Assembly (NCBI GenBank): GCA_963665095.1 | Contig: OY762069.1 | Coordinates: 6,304,001-6,368,000, forward strand | Length of the DNA: 64,000 nt | From: an uncultured Desulfobacter sp. | Lineage (GTDB): Bacteria; Desulfobacterota; Desulfobacteria; Desulfobacterales; Desulfobacteraceae | Reading direction: 5' to 3' | Translations under genes and position numbers: made by a program | In this document: positions 50,207-59,993 of the stretch, in pieces | Layout of the letters: every line of letters begins with the position of its first letter | Position numbering within the stretch: position 1 is the stretch's first letter | The notes under the pieces: generated by a model | Seen by the model: the letters and a program-made list of their open reading frames with translations, nothing else | Told to the model about the DNA's origin: nothing | Database searches by the model: none

Positions 50207-51142
50207 ATGCAAAGAACAATAATGACGCAGTCAAAATTTGCTAAAACCGTTGCAGTCCAGGGAAATAGCGACATTGACCTGCCCAGACGGCATCATTGGA
50301 CCATTGACCTGATCATTCAGTTGTTTAAAACCAAACCCCTGGGTGCCGTGGGGGTGGTGATCATTCTGGGAATGACGTTTATGTCAGTTTTTGCCCCCTT
50401 TATTGCCCCCTATGATCCCAATGAAATTATTGGAATGAACATCAACAAACCACCTGGGGGGCAGTTTCTTTTCGGGACAGACGCCCTGGCCCGGGACTAC
50501 TTCAGCCGGGTGGTATATGGTGCCCGGGTCTCCCTTCAGGTGGGGTTCCTTGTGGTTTTTTCCCAGGTATTGATCTACACCACTGTCGGCACCCTTTCCG
50601 CCTATATCGGCGGCATCTTTGACACTCTGATGCAGCGGGTTGTGGATGCTGTGATGTGCATTCCCTGGATGGTATTCATGCTCATGGTCATGGCGGTACT
50701 GGGCTCGGGCAAACAGAACGTCATCATTGCCCTGGTTCTGGTGGGGTGGGCCGGGCCCTCCCGAATTATCCGGGGGACGGTACTGGCAGTGAAGAAGAGT
50801 GAATATGTCCTGGCGGCAAGGGCTGTGGGCTGTCCCAAGTGGTCTATTGTGATGCATCATATCCTGCCCAACATCACTGCACCTATTATTGTCATGGCCA
50901 CCCTGGGCCTGGGTAATATCATCCTGGCAGAGGCGGCGTTAAGTTTTTTAGGCATGGGAATCCAGCCGCCGGACCCGTCCTGGGGCAGAATGCTCAGCAA
51001 GGAAGGCATGTACTATATGACCGAGGCGCCCTGGCTGGCCATATTCCCCGGAATTGCCATCAGTCTTGCTGTGTTCGGATTCAATATGACGGGTGATGCC
51101 TTAAGGGACCTTCTGGACCCGAAACTGAACGGAACAAAATAA
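50207..51142 (+). CDS. peptide ABC transporter permease (DppC-like)
   Basis: FGTDALARD, EYVLAARAVG, HILPN, GDALRDLLDP; start is 50207 or 50222. Confidence 0.9.
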   Translation: MQRTIMTQSKFAKTVAVQGNSDIDLPRRHHWTIDLIIQLFKTKPLGAVGVVIILGMTFMSVFAPFIAPYDPNEIIGMNINKPPGGQFLFGTDALARDYFSRVVYGARVSLQVGFLVVFSQVLIYTTVGTLSAYIGGIFDTLMQRVVDAVMCIPWMVFMLMVMAVLGSGKQNVIIALVLVGWAGPSRIIRGTVLAVKKSEYVLAARAVGCPKWSIVMHHILPNITAPIIVMATLGLGNIILAEAALSFLGMGIQPPDPSWGRMLSKEGMYYMTEAPWLAIFPGIAISLAVFGFNMTGDALRDLLDPKLNGTK

Positions 51143-51178
51143 AAAAATACCTGAACAATTCATAGGCCAAGGACCATC

Positions 51179-52171
51179 ATGACCCAACTGAATTCCAGAC
51201 AAAGCCCCCTGCTTGATATAAAGGATTTGAATGTACGATTTAAAACCCGGGATGGCCTGGCATACGCCCTGAACGGGGTCTCTTTGCAGCTTCATCAGGG
51301 AGAATTTATCGGCATTATCGGCGAGAGCGGCAGCGGCAAATCCCTGACCGCCATGTCTGTGATCCGCCTGATCCAGACCCCGCCGGGTATTATTACGGCC
51401 AACCGCCTCAATTATAACGGACTTGATATTTTAACGGCATCGGAAAAACAGATGCGAAGGATTCGGGGCAATGAGATTGCCATGGTCTTTCAGGATCCCA
51501 TGACCTGCCTCAATCCGGTTCTGACCATCGGGCTGCAGATGAAAGAGATCGTCAGTCTTCATATGGGGTTAAAAGGCGCTGCCCTGGAAAAGGCCTGTGT
51601 GCGCCTTCTGGAACAGGTGGGCATCTCTGCAGCCCAGAAGCGGATGAAAGCCTATCCCCATCAGATGAGCGGAGGCATGCGGCAGCGGGTAATGATTGCC
51701 ATGGCTATTTCCTGTAATCCTGCCATTCTTTTGGCAGACGAACCCACAACCGCTCTGGACGTTACCATCCAGGACCAGATCATCCGGCTGATACGCTCTC
51801 TGGCAAAAGAGATGAATATGGCCATGGTGCTGATTACCCACAATTTCGGGGCGGTGGCCGGCAGCGTGGACCGGGTGATTGTCATGTATGCCGGACGGAT
51901 TGTAGAATCCGGTACAACAGAAATGATTTTTCACTCTCCCAGGCATCCTTACACCCGGGCCCTTTTAAAATCCATTCCCAGCGTGGCTGGCCAGGGAAAC
52001 AGACGCCTGCATACCATACCGGGCCATCTGCCCAACCCCTTAAACCAGCCCAGGGGATGCAGTTTCATGCCCCGGTGTACCCAGGTTATGGATAAATGCA
52101 ATACAGCTGTTCCCCAATTACTTGAGACAGAAAGCGGACATCAGGCTGCCTGCTGGAGGTTACACCCATGA
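51179..52171 (+). CDS. peptide ABC transporter ATP-binding protein (DppD-like)
   Basis: [28 protein letters not shown]. Confidence 0.93.
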   Translation: MTQLNSRQSPLLDIKDLNVRFKTRDGLAYALNGVSLQLHQGEFIGIIGESGSGKSLTAMSVIRLIQTPPGIITANRLNYNGLDILTASEKQMRRIRGNEIAMVFQDPMTCLNPVLTIGLQMKEIVSLHMGLKGAALEKACVRLLEQVGISAAQKRMKAYPHQMSGGMRQRVMIAMAISCNPAILLADEPTTALDVTIQDQIIRLIRSLAKEMNMAMVLITHNFGAVAGSVDRVIVMYAGRIVESGTTEMIFHSPRHPYTRALLKSIPSVAGQGNRRLHTIPGHLPNPLNQPRGCSFMPRCTQVMDKCNTAVPQLLETESGHQAACWRLHP

Positions 52172-53148
52172 ACTCGGATACCTTGCTGAATGTGAAGGAT
52201 ATGAAGGTCCATTTCCCTGTGAAAGCCGGATTTCTTTCAAAGCAAAAACCCCAGGTAATCAAAGCGGTGGACGGGGTCACCTTCAGCCTTGAAAAAGGCG
52301 AAACCTTAGGCCTTGTGGGAGAGAGCGGCTGCGGCAAATCCACCACTGCCATGGGAATCCTGCAGCTTCACCGCCCGTCGTCCGGAACCGTCATGTTTCA
52401 GGACCGTGAATTGACACAGATGGACGAGGAGACCCTTCGGAAATACCGCCGGCATATGCAGATTATTTTCCAGGACCCCTATGCCTGTCTGAATCCGCGC
52501 ATGTCTGTTCTGAAAATCATTGAAGAGCCGTTGCGGGTTCACAAATTTTGTAAAACCAGAAAAGAGCAGCGACAGCGGGCTTTGGATCTGATGCAGGCGG
52601 TGGGCTTAAGTCCTTTGTATGCCAACCGGTATCCACACGAATTCAGCGGCGGCCAGCGCCAGCGCATCGGCGTGGCCAGGGCCCTGGCAGTCCAGCCGGA
52701 GTTCATTGTCTGTGATGAGCCCGTATCCGCCCTGGACGTCTCCATCCAGGCCCAGATCATCAATCTTTTAGAGGACCTGCGGGAGCAGTTCAACCTTACC
52801 TATTTATTCATTTCCCACGATTTGTCCGTGGTCAAACATATCTGCCACAGGGTGGCTGTGATGTACCTGGGTAAGATTGTGGAAACTGCGGGAAAAAAAC
52901 ACTTGTACGATAATCCTGCCCATCCCTATACCAGGGCACTTCTTTCCTCGGTTCCCATCCCGGATCCTGTGCTTGAGAAACAAAGGGTTTCCGATATTTT
53001 GAAAGGCGAAATACCAAGTCCCTTGTCCCCACCCCAGGGTTGTCACTTTCATCCCCGGTGTCCTGAAAGCCGCTCCATCTGTTCAACCCAAATGCCCGGG
53101 CTACGCAAAATTGCGCCAGGGCATTGGGCTGCCTGCCATATGGTCTAG
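52168..53148 (+). CDS. peptide ABC transporter ATP-binding protein (DppF-like)
   Basis: [33 protein letters not shown]. Confidence 0.93.
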   Translation: MNSDTLLNVKDMKVHFPVKAGFLSKQKPQVIKAVDGVTFSLEKGETLGLVGESGCGKSTTAMGILQLHRPSSGTVMFQDRELTQMDEETLRKYRRHMQIIFQDPYACLNPRMSVLKIIEEPLRVHKFCKTRKEQRQRALDLMQAVGLSPLYANRYPHEFSGGQRQRIGVARALAVQPEFIVCDEPVSALDVSIQAQIINLLEDLREQFNLTYLFISHDLSVVKHICHRVAVMYLGKIVETAGKKHLYDNPAHPYTRALLSSVPIPDPVLEKQRVSDILKGEIPSPLSPPQGCHFHPRCPESRSICSTQMPGLRKIAPGHWAACHMV

Positions 53149-53228
53149 GCCGTTTTCAATTGAAGCGGGTATCCTTTAAAAAAAAGGGCACCTGCGCGGT
53201 ATGGGCGCATCCGCGTCCCGGTCCCGGA

Positions 53229-53951
53229 TTACGACAGGATCTCTCCTTTTGACGATATTACGGTTGTTTTTAGTGGGATGGTAACGCCTGCCTTTTCCAT
53301 GGCCTTTTCAATAATTTTCGGCATACCCGAGCAGCAGGGCACTTCCATAACCACCACGGTGACGGACTTGATGCCGTCCCGGGCAAAGATCTGGGACAGC
53401 TTTTCCACATAGAGCGCGGTATCATCAAATTTGGGGCAGCCGATCATCACCGCCTTTCCGGTAAGGAAATCCCTGTGAAAGGAAGGATAGGCCACCGGCA
53501 CACAGTCCGCGGCAATGAGCAGATCCGTCCCTTTTAAAAACGGCGCTCCCGGTGGTATCAGCCGGATCTGCACGGGCCAGTGTCTAAGATTGGACGTCCC
53601 GCCTGACCCATGTTGGCCCGGTGTCCCTGCCGGGGACGGCCCGGCCATGGGAAGTATCTGAACCTGTGAGGAGGGACAGCCACAGGCCAGGGGCTTTTCT
53701 GATTCCTGTTGCTTTAGCATTTCATGCACGGCCTCTTCATCAAAGGCATCTGCCTCGCGCTCAACAATACGAAGCGCGTCTTTGGGGCACTCTCCTAAAC
53801 AGGCGCCTAACCCGTCGCAATATTTGTCGGCAACAACTTTTGCCTTACCATCTATGATCCGGATGGCCCCTTCGGCGCATGACGGCACACAGGCACCGCA
53901 GCCGTCGCATTTTTCCTGGTCTATTTCTATAATTTTACGGATCTGCTTCAT
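53229..53951 (-). CDS. 4Fe-4S ferredoxin-domain protein (type commonly linked to hcp)
   Basis: CDGCGACVPSC, CDGLGACLGECP, CGCP, WPVQI, IAADC, GCPKFD, MEVPCC. Confidence 0.88.
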   Translation of the reverse strand: MKQIRKIIEIDQEKCDGCGACVPSCAEGAIRIIDGKAKVVADKYCDGLGACLGECPKDALRIVEREADAFDEEAVHEMLKQQESEKPLACGCPSSQVQILPMAGPSPAGTPGQHGSGGTSNLRHWPVQIRLIPPGAPFLKGTDLLIAADCVPVAYPSFHRDFLTGKAVMIGCPKFDDTALYVEKLSQIFARDGIKSVTVVVMEVPCCSGMPKIIEKAMEKAGVTIPLKTTVISSKGEILS

Positions 53952-54032
53952 GGCATCCCTCCTGTGTTCTATCCTTATATATCAGGCATGGCTGCCCGGA
54001 ACAAAAAGCTTTGGGCAGCGCACAACGTTCTT

Positions 54033-54095
54033 TTATTTTCCGGTGATGGTGCCGCCCTGGTTTTTGGCTGCTTCCTGGCATTGAAAACAAAACAT
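54033..54095 (-). pseudogene. hcp: hybrid-cluster protein (hydroxylamine reductase) remnant
   Basis: AGGAGG RBS then MFCFQCQEAAKNQGGTITGK*, matching the Hcp N-terminus MFCxQCxE. Confidence 0.82.
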
Positions 54096-54180
54096 GGTGA
54101 CGCCTCCTGTCCTAAACGTTGATATTATTTACTTCTCCTTACTTTTAAACCCAGACTATCATTGGCCCGAAATTAAAACC

Positions 54181-54194
54181 TTGATCTGGATCAA
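54181..54194. promoter_or_regulatory. FNR/HcpR-type box
   Basis: TTGAT-CTGG-ATCAA, ~85 bp upstream of the hcp remnant. Confidence 0.8.
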
Positions 54195-54404
54195 GATGCA
54201 TAATTTTTTTTAAAGGAGGTGAAATTTTGAGGTCAGTAGAGATATTTCTATATTTTCAGTACAGGTCTTAAGCGTCTGGTACAGAAAAAAGAGACGAATT
54301 TAAAATTTTATGCAAATAATCAGGTGATTGGCATAACGAAAAGGGCTGGCCTTTAATCTTGTTCAGGGTTTTCCATGAAAAGAGCGGTTGATGTGGTGCT
54401 GTTT

Positions 54405-54599
54405 TCACGTCATATGTCCTTTAAATGCCTTTGTAAATGGATCACAAGGGTCATTGAACTGGGAAATAAGGCTGCTGCCATTTTCCACAAACCCAACGGA
54501 AAGCTCTTCATGGGAGTGCCTTCGTAGGGAAAATTCAGGGTCGATCCCGGTCTTGATTTCAATAAAGGGAAGACCGGGGGTTCTTTTTATCTGGGCCAT
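54405..54599 (-). pseudogene. internally deleted AraC-family regulator
   Basis: RRHSHEELSVGFVENG (cupin start) joined to D...FTKAFK (C-terminal HTH-like); only 64 codons. Confidence 0.55.
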
Positions 54600-54610
54600 T
54601 ATCGCAGGAA

Positions 54611-55276
54611 TTACTTTATCACCGGGTGGCCTTGGCGAGCCCAGTCTTTTATGCCGTAGCGAAGGTTGTAGACCCGGGTAAAGCCGGCTCTCATCAAAAG
54701 GTGAGACGCCACGGTACTGCGGTTGCCGGTGGCGCATACCACCAGAACGGGCTCCTCTTCATTGCCTGCAAGCTGTTCCATTCGGGAAAAGAGTTCCTGT
54801 ACCGGAAGAAGTGTCGATCCTTCTATGTGGCCTGCGGCAAACTCCTGGGGTGTGCGGACATCCAGAATGAAGGGGCTGGACTCTTCGATTAGCCTTACGG
54901 CTTCTTCTGCCGTAACTTTTCTGTAGCCAGGACCTTCCAGCTCTATGACCTCGAGGGTGCCTTTCCGTTCCCCCAGGGTAAAGGCAAAGGTCCCGCTCTC
55001 TTTCACCTTTACGTAAGCTGTCTGCCCGGCCGGTCTGGGCATGGTGATATCTATGGAGAGATCCGGCACCTGGAAACGAAAAGAGCCACTCTGGGAAAAG
55101 TCAAAGACAATGTAGTCACCCCGGTAAACCGTAAACGCCAGGGGGTCGGGACCGGCATCCACGGACAGGCGGCGCAGTCCGTCTTTGAGTATTCCTGACA
55201 GGTTCCCTGCATCCTGTGCTGAAGTCCGGGTGAACAGCAGGGAAAGCAGAAGAGAAAACAGTGTTACTTTTTTCAT
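54611..55276 (-). CDS. exported rhodanese-like domain protein
   Basis: Signal peptide MKKVTL..; LDVRTPQEF..GHIEG, CATGNRS, YNLRYGI..W; AAGGAG RBS. Confidence 0.88.
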   Translation of the reverse strand: MKKVTLFSLLLSLLFTRTSAQDAGNLSGILKDGLRRLSVDAGPDPLAFTVYRGDYIVFDFSQSGSFRFQVPDLSIDITMPRPAGQTAYVKVKESGTFAFTLGERKGTLEVIELEGPGYRKVTAEEAVRLIEESSPFILDVRTPQEFAAGHIEGSTLLPVQELFSRMEQLAGNEEEPVLVVCATGNRSTVASHLLMRAGFTRVYNLRYGIKDWARQGHPVIK

Positions 55277-55696
55277 AGCAGGCTCCTTGTATTTTCTGTC
55301 TAAGAAACAAGGTAATACCTGAATTTCCGGTTGTCGAGTGCTCTTCTGCCTCCAATTCCCAGCTTGACGTATCTGTCCACCGTGGCCAGTTGCCAGATGC
55401 ATGGCCTGGAGGTTTATCCGGTCGGCAAAGTCATACATCATCTGGGCAACGGTGGCGATAGGCTGGCCGGTCCCGGGGGGCAAAGGTATGGAGGGTAATT
55501 GCCTGCCATTTCAGGTTAAGAATCTTTTTTAAGAAAATTAGCTGGTTATCCGTGTTTGCAACGGTGGCAAAGATTAGATTTTTTCCCGAATAGTTCCCCT
55601 TGACTTTAAATATTTCATATTTTATATCGAAGCCTACGCGGAGGATGCAATTTCACAAAGCTGGCTGTTTTTCTTTTATATCCGGAGGGTAGAGGA

Positions 55697-57700
55697 ATGT
55701 ACAAACACTTGTTCAGCCCGATCACCATCAACAAACTTGAAATCAAAAACCGAATTGCCTATCCCTCACTGGGTTTGATGTATTCCCATGACGGTAAACT
55801 CAATGACCGATATATCCAGTTTTACCGGGAACGAGCCCGGGGCGGGGCCGGAATTGTTACCGTGGGACCGGTGGGAGTGGATTTTCTTGGCATTGGCGCA
55901 CTTGGTCTCTCCATAGCCAGAGATGAAGACATCCCTGACTTTGCGCACCTGGCGTCAGTCATTAAGAACGAAGGTGCCCGGTCCTGGGTGCAGCTGTTTC
56001 ATGCCGGTGCCTATTCCATACCGCTGCTCATCAACGGAGAACAGCCTTTGGCTCCGTCAGCTGTTTATTCCAATTATTCCAGAACAACGCCAAGGGAGAT
56101 GACCATTGACGATATTAAAAATACCCAGGAAAATTTTGCCAGGGCCGCTTTGCGGGTAAAGGAGGCCGGTTTTGACGGTGTGGAGGTTATCGGGTCCGCA
56201 GGCTATCTGTTGACGCAGTTTCTCTCTCCTTTAAAAAATCAGCGCACGGATGAATACGGCGGCAGCTTTGAGAACCGGTGCCGTTTTGCCAAAGAGTTGT
56301 TTCTCGGTGTGCGAAAAGCCGTGGGGCCGGATTATCCAATGACAGTGCGGATGGCAGGAAATGATTTTGTGCCCGGCTCCAACACGGATACAGAGACACC
56401 AAAAATCGCCAGAATGTACGCCGACTGTGGGGTCGACGCCATTAATGTGACCGGCGGGTGGCATGAATCACGCATTCCCCAGCTTCCCATGGAAACCCCG
56501 AGAAGCGTTTATGCCTTTCTGGCCCTGAACATCAAAAAAGAGGTCTCAGTTCCGGTGATGGCCTCCAACCGCATCACCACACCTGAAATTGCCGAACAGG
56601 TTATCCGTGACGGATACGCAGACATGGTCAACCTTGGCCGGGTGCTGATCGGTGATCCTGAGTGGCCCATTAAAGCGTTTGAGGGCCGGGCCGATGAAAT
56701 CCGACCCTGCGTGGCCTGCAACCAGGGGTGCACGGACCAGATTTTTTCAGCACAGCCGGTCTTTTGCATTGGCAATCCCCAGGCAGGATTTGAAGGGGAA
56801 CGGCAACTGGTCAAAACCAAGGCCCCTAAAAAAGTTATGGTTATCGGAGCTGGTGCCGCCGGCCTTGAAGCGGCTGTGACAGCCCATAAGATCGGTCATC
56901 AGGTGACACTGTTTGAAAAAGATGATGACATTGGCGGTCAACTCTGGATTGCAGGTGCTCCCCCGCATAAACAGGAACTTTTAGGTTATATCCGGTATTA
57001 TCGCGCCATGTTGAAAAAGTACGAAATTCCCCTCAGGCTAAAGACGGAAGTCACACCGGAGGTGATAACGGCTGAAAAACCCGACGCAATTATCCTGGCC
57101 GAGGGTGCGACGGCTTTGATACCGCCCATAGACGGGATTGATGATTCAAGTGTTATCAGTGCCTGGGATGTATTGCGCAACTCCCCGCTTCTCGGAAAAG
57201 AGGTTGCCGTTATCGGCGGGGGAGCCGTCGGCCTTGAAACGGCTTTGTTTGTTGCCCATAAAGGCACCCTGACCCCGGAAATCCTTCATTTCCTATTTAC
57301 CTACGAAGCACAGACTCCGGAGCGGCTGCGGGAACTGATGTTCAACGGGACTTCCAGAGTCACTGTCTTTGAAATGCTGCCCAAGGCGGGCAAGGATGTG
57401 GGTAAGTCCACCAAATGGGTACTAATGGGCAATCTGGAACGTTTTAATGTCAGGGTTATGACCAATACCAGGGTAACCGGAATTGCAAACGGCAACGTTA
57501 CGTATGTTTCCGATAATGGCACCCGTACCGCTAAATTTGATAATATCATCATCGCTTCCGGTTCACGCCCCGAAACAAAAATGACACAGAGTATTGCCGG
57601 GATGGGCATTCCTTATAAGACAGTGGGTGACTGCACCCAGGTCGGCAAACTCAATGACGCCATCCACGGTGGCTTCCTGGCGGCCCTGGAATTGCATTAA
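55697..57700 (+). CDS. NADH:flavin oxidoreductase (OYE plus Fe-S plus FAD; FadH/enoate-reductase-like)
   Basis: ERARGGAG, GFDGVE..GYLLTQFLSP..N.RTDEYGGS, CVACNQGC..C, two GxGxxG motifs. Confidence 0.92.
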   Translation: MYKHLFSPITINKLEIKNRIAYPSLGLMYSHDGKLNDRYIQFYRERARGGAGIVTVGPVGVDFLGIGALGLSIARDEDIPDFAHLASVIKNEGARSWVQLFHAGAYSIPLLINGEQPLAPSAVYSNYSRTTPREMTIDDIKNTQENFARAALRVKEAGFDGVEVIGSAGYLLTQFLSPLKNQRTDEYGGSFENRCRFAKELFLGVRKAVGPDYPMTVRMAGNDFVPGSNTDTETPKIARMYADCGVDAINVTGGWHESRIPQLPMETPRSVYAFLALNIKKEVSVPVMASNRITTPEIAEQVIRDGYADMVNLGRVLIGDPEWPIKAFEGRADEIRPCVACNQGCTDQIFSAQPVFCIGNPQAGFEGERQLVKTKAPKKVMVIGAGAAGLEAAVTAHKIGHQVTLFEKDDDIGGQLWIAGAPPHKQELLGYIRYYRAMLKKYEIPLRLKTEVTPEVITAEKPDAIILAEGATALIPPIDGIDDSSVISAWDVLRNSPLLGKEVAVIGGGAVGLETALFVAHKGTLTPEILHFLFTYEAQTPERLRELMFNGTSRVTVFEMLPKAGKDVGKSTKWVLMGNLERFNVRVMTNTRVTGIANGNVTYVSDNGTRTAKFDNIIIASGSRPETKMTQSIAGMGIPYKTVGDCTQVGKLNDAIHGGFLAALELH

Positions 57701-57806
57701 GCCAGTACCAACATATTGATTTCCCTTAGAGTCTTCTGTCGTTGTCCTGTTTCTCCTAAAGTTGCCCAGCACTGAATAAAGGGACATTCATCAGGCATAG
57801 CCGACC

Positions 57807-57847
57807 CTTCAAATCAGCGGTTCAAAGGCAGAACCGCTGATTTGAAG
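57807..57847. terminator. 17-bp perfect hairpin
   Basis: CTTCAAATCAGCGGTTC-N7-GAACCGCTGATTTGAAG; no immediate U-run. Confidence 0.55.
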
Positions 57848-57918
57848 CCCTGGCTTTTTATATGGTGAAGTGAACAAGGTATCGCTTTAATATTAAGAAA
57901 AATTGGGGAGAAATTGGG

Positions 57919-59472
57919 ATGATAGAGTGCAGCAATGCAGACGTTATCAACAGTTCAAGAGCCCGATGCAGATCGTTAGGAATCAATTTAAAGGCAAAAC
58001 AGGCACCGATTGTATTTCAAAAAAAATCCAATTATTTAAATCTGCCGCGCATACGGCTGATTATAGAAGCGGCGAGCGCTTGCCTGTGCAGCCTGGAGCA
58101 CCGGAACGATCAATTTGATCATGCCATCACCGTGACTGATGAAAAGGGAACAATCATTTACATAAAAGGCACGGAAAACATGCTTGCGGAGGTGCGGACA
58201 TATGGTCTGGTTGTCGGTGGGCTCTGGGATGAACGCTCCATGGGCAATAATGCCATGGGAACCGCATTGGAACTTAACAGTCCCGTCTCCTTTGTCGGTG
58301 ATGAGCATGTTGTTGAAATTGCGAAAAATTATGGGTGTTCTGCCGCGCCGTTTTATGAATCCGATTCAGGTGAGCTGATGGGGTGTGTGAATATCAGCTG
58401 CAGGGCAAAAGATTTTCATACCAGCACAATGCTTGCCGTAATGGCGATAAGTGATTCCCTGCAGCAACGGCTTAAGCCCTCAATTCAGACATGTTTTGAT
58501 CCACAACGGCTTTCAGGTGATCGTTTAACCGGTACCCAGAGAAACTGCTGTGCTAAATATGTCAACAGATCACGGCAAATGCGGAAAATTTTTTCAAAGG
58601 CGCAGCGCGCGGCTCTTTTTGATTCAACAAAGATGATTTTAGGAGAGACCGGTGTTGGTAAGGAAGTTCTGGCAAAATTTATCCATGAAAGCAGTCCCCG
58701 TCGGGAACAGAAGTTTATTGCCGTCAATTGCGGTGCGATACCCCATGAATTGGTGGAAAGTGAGCTGTTCGGATATAATGGCGGCTCATTCACTGGGGCA
58801 AAGCGGGATGGCAGATCCGGGAAATTTGAGCGGGCAAACGGCGGAACGATCTTTCTGGATGAAATAGGCGAGATGCCGTATAACGCCCAGTCTAAACTGC
58901 TGCGGATTATTGAGGATAAAAAGTTAACCCGGCTGGGCGCCAACCGTCCCATACCTTTAGACGTACAAATCATCACCTCCACAAACCGCGACCTTAAACG
59001 TATGATCCAAGAAAAACTGTTCAGGGAAGACTTGTATTATAGGCTGAAAGTGGCGCAGTTTTGTATTCCTCCGTTAAGGGAAAGACCAGATGATATACCG
59101 ATACTGGTTCAGTATTTCCTTGAGACCATCGGCGTGAAACTCGGAATGCCAGTAAAAACCTTTTCACCGGAGGCAATGAAAGCCCTTGTTTCATATCATT
59201 GGCCGGGGAATATTCGGGAGCTGAAGCATATTATAGAAGAAGCCTGCATATTTTCCCAAAGTAACATAATTGATGTCGGGGAGCTGAATGAAGATATCCC
59301 CATATTGCAGTCTCACCCTCCGTTAGATGAAAAAGAGAGAATTATTGCTGAAATTGACCGGTGTAAGGGCAATAAGTCAAAGGCGGCTAAAAAATTAAAT
59401 ATTTCACGGGTGACGTTATATAGAAAAATGTCAAAATATGGTCTTTCGATCAAAAAAGGAAATGAATTGTAA
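57919..59472 (+). CDS. sigma54-dependent activator with GAF domain (AcoR-like)
   Basis: WDERSMGNNAMGTAL GAF, GETGVGKE, ESELFGY..GSFTGA, FLDEIGE, WPGNIREL, Fis HTH. Confidence 0.93.
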   Translation: MIECSNADVINSSRARCRSLGINLKAKQAPIVFQKKSNYLNLPRIRLIIEAASACLCSLEHRNDQFDHAITVTDEKGTIIYIKGTENMLAEVRTYGLVVGGLWDERSMGNNAMGTALELNSPVSFVGDEHVVEIAKNYGCSAAPFYESDSGELMGCVNISCRAKDFHTSTMLAVMAISDSLQQRLKPSIQTCFDPQRLSGDRLTGTQRNCCAKYVNRSRQMRKIFSKAQRAALFDSTKMILGETGVGKEVLAKFIHESSPRREQKFIAVNCGAIPHELVESELFGYNGGSFTGAKRDGRSGKFERANGGTIFLDEIGEMPYNAQSKLLRIIEDKKLTRLGANRPIPLDVQIITSTNRDLKRMIQEKLFREDLYYRLKVAQFCIPPLRERPDDIPILVQYFLETIGVKLGMPVKTFSPEAMKALVSYHWPGNIRELKHIIEEACIFSQSNIIDVGELNEDIPILQSHPPLDEKERIIAEIDRCKGNKSKAAKKLNISRVTLYRKMSKYGLSIKKGNEL

Positions 59473-59854
59473 ACCGTCATCTGTAAACCGTTATTATATA
59501 GCGCCTGAACAAGAACCCCATGTTTGGTGTTTGGACGCAAGGTTGCCCAGATGCAGGGCGAAAGCAAAGCTTTAACCGCAAGCGTACTTCAGAATGCCGC
59601 GCATGTGTTTAACTCTCCATCAGCGTATCAAAAGACAAACAGCCCACTGTGATTATCCTCAAGTGTAACATGTGTAAAGTTCAGTGTTTCGCCGGGATGT
59701 AACATTTCGTGCATACCAGGGTCTGTTTTTGATTTTTTTTCATTTTATAATTTCAAATTAAAAAATAATAACCATTGGATATATGAAAATATAAGCTATT
59801 AAATCAATGGGATATGGTTATAAATAATCCGGGGATAAGGATGGGATAAAAAAG

Positions 59855-59869
59855 TGGCACAGATCATGT
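59855..59869 (+). promoter_or_regulatory. possible sigma54 promoter of the carboxylase operon
   Basis: TGGCAC-AGATC-ATGT: perfect -24, deviant -12; repeated TGTAACA upstream near 59664 and 59698. Confidence 0.45.
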
Positions 59870-59993
59870 AGTGTTGGACCTAATGCCGGTGGCCACGGTA
59901 AAGCCGCATTTATATTCGGAAATATTCTGACAGGTGATGCGTGCAGGTGTTCGTAAACTTCCAACCAAATAGAATGAGGAGGTAAGTTTCGTT

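Noticed and set aside
55277..55483. N-terminal extension of the rhodanese protein
   Set aside because: The RBS and signal peptide point to 55276. The upstream segment may be an unrelated fragment that I cannot identify.
59525..59600. c-di-GMP-I riboswitch (GGACGCAA, GCGAAAGC)
   Set aside because: The GGCAAA-stem-GAAA-stem order before GGACGCAAA is missing.
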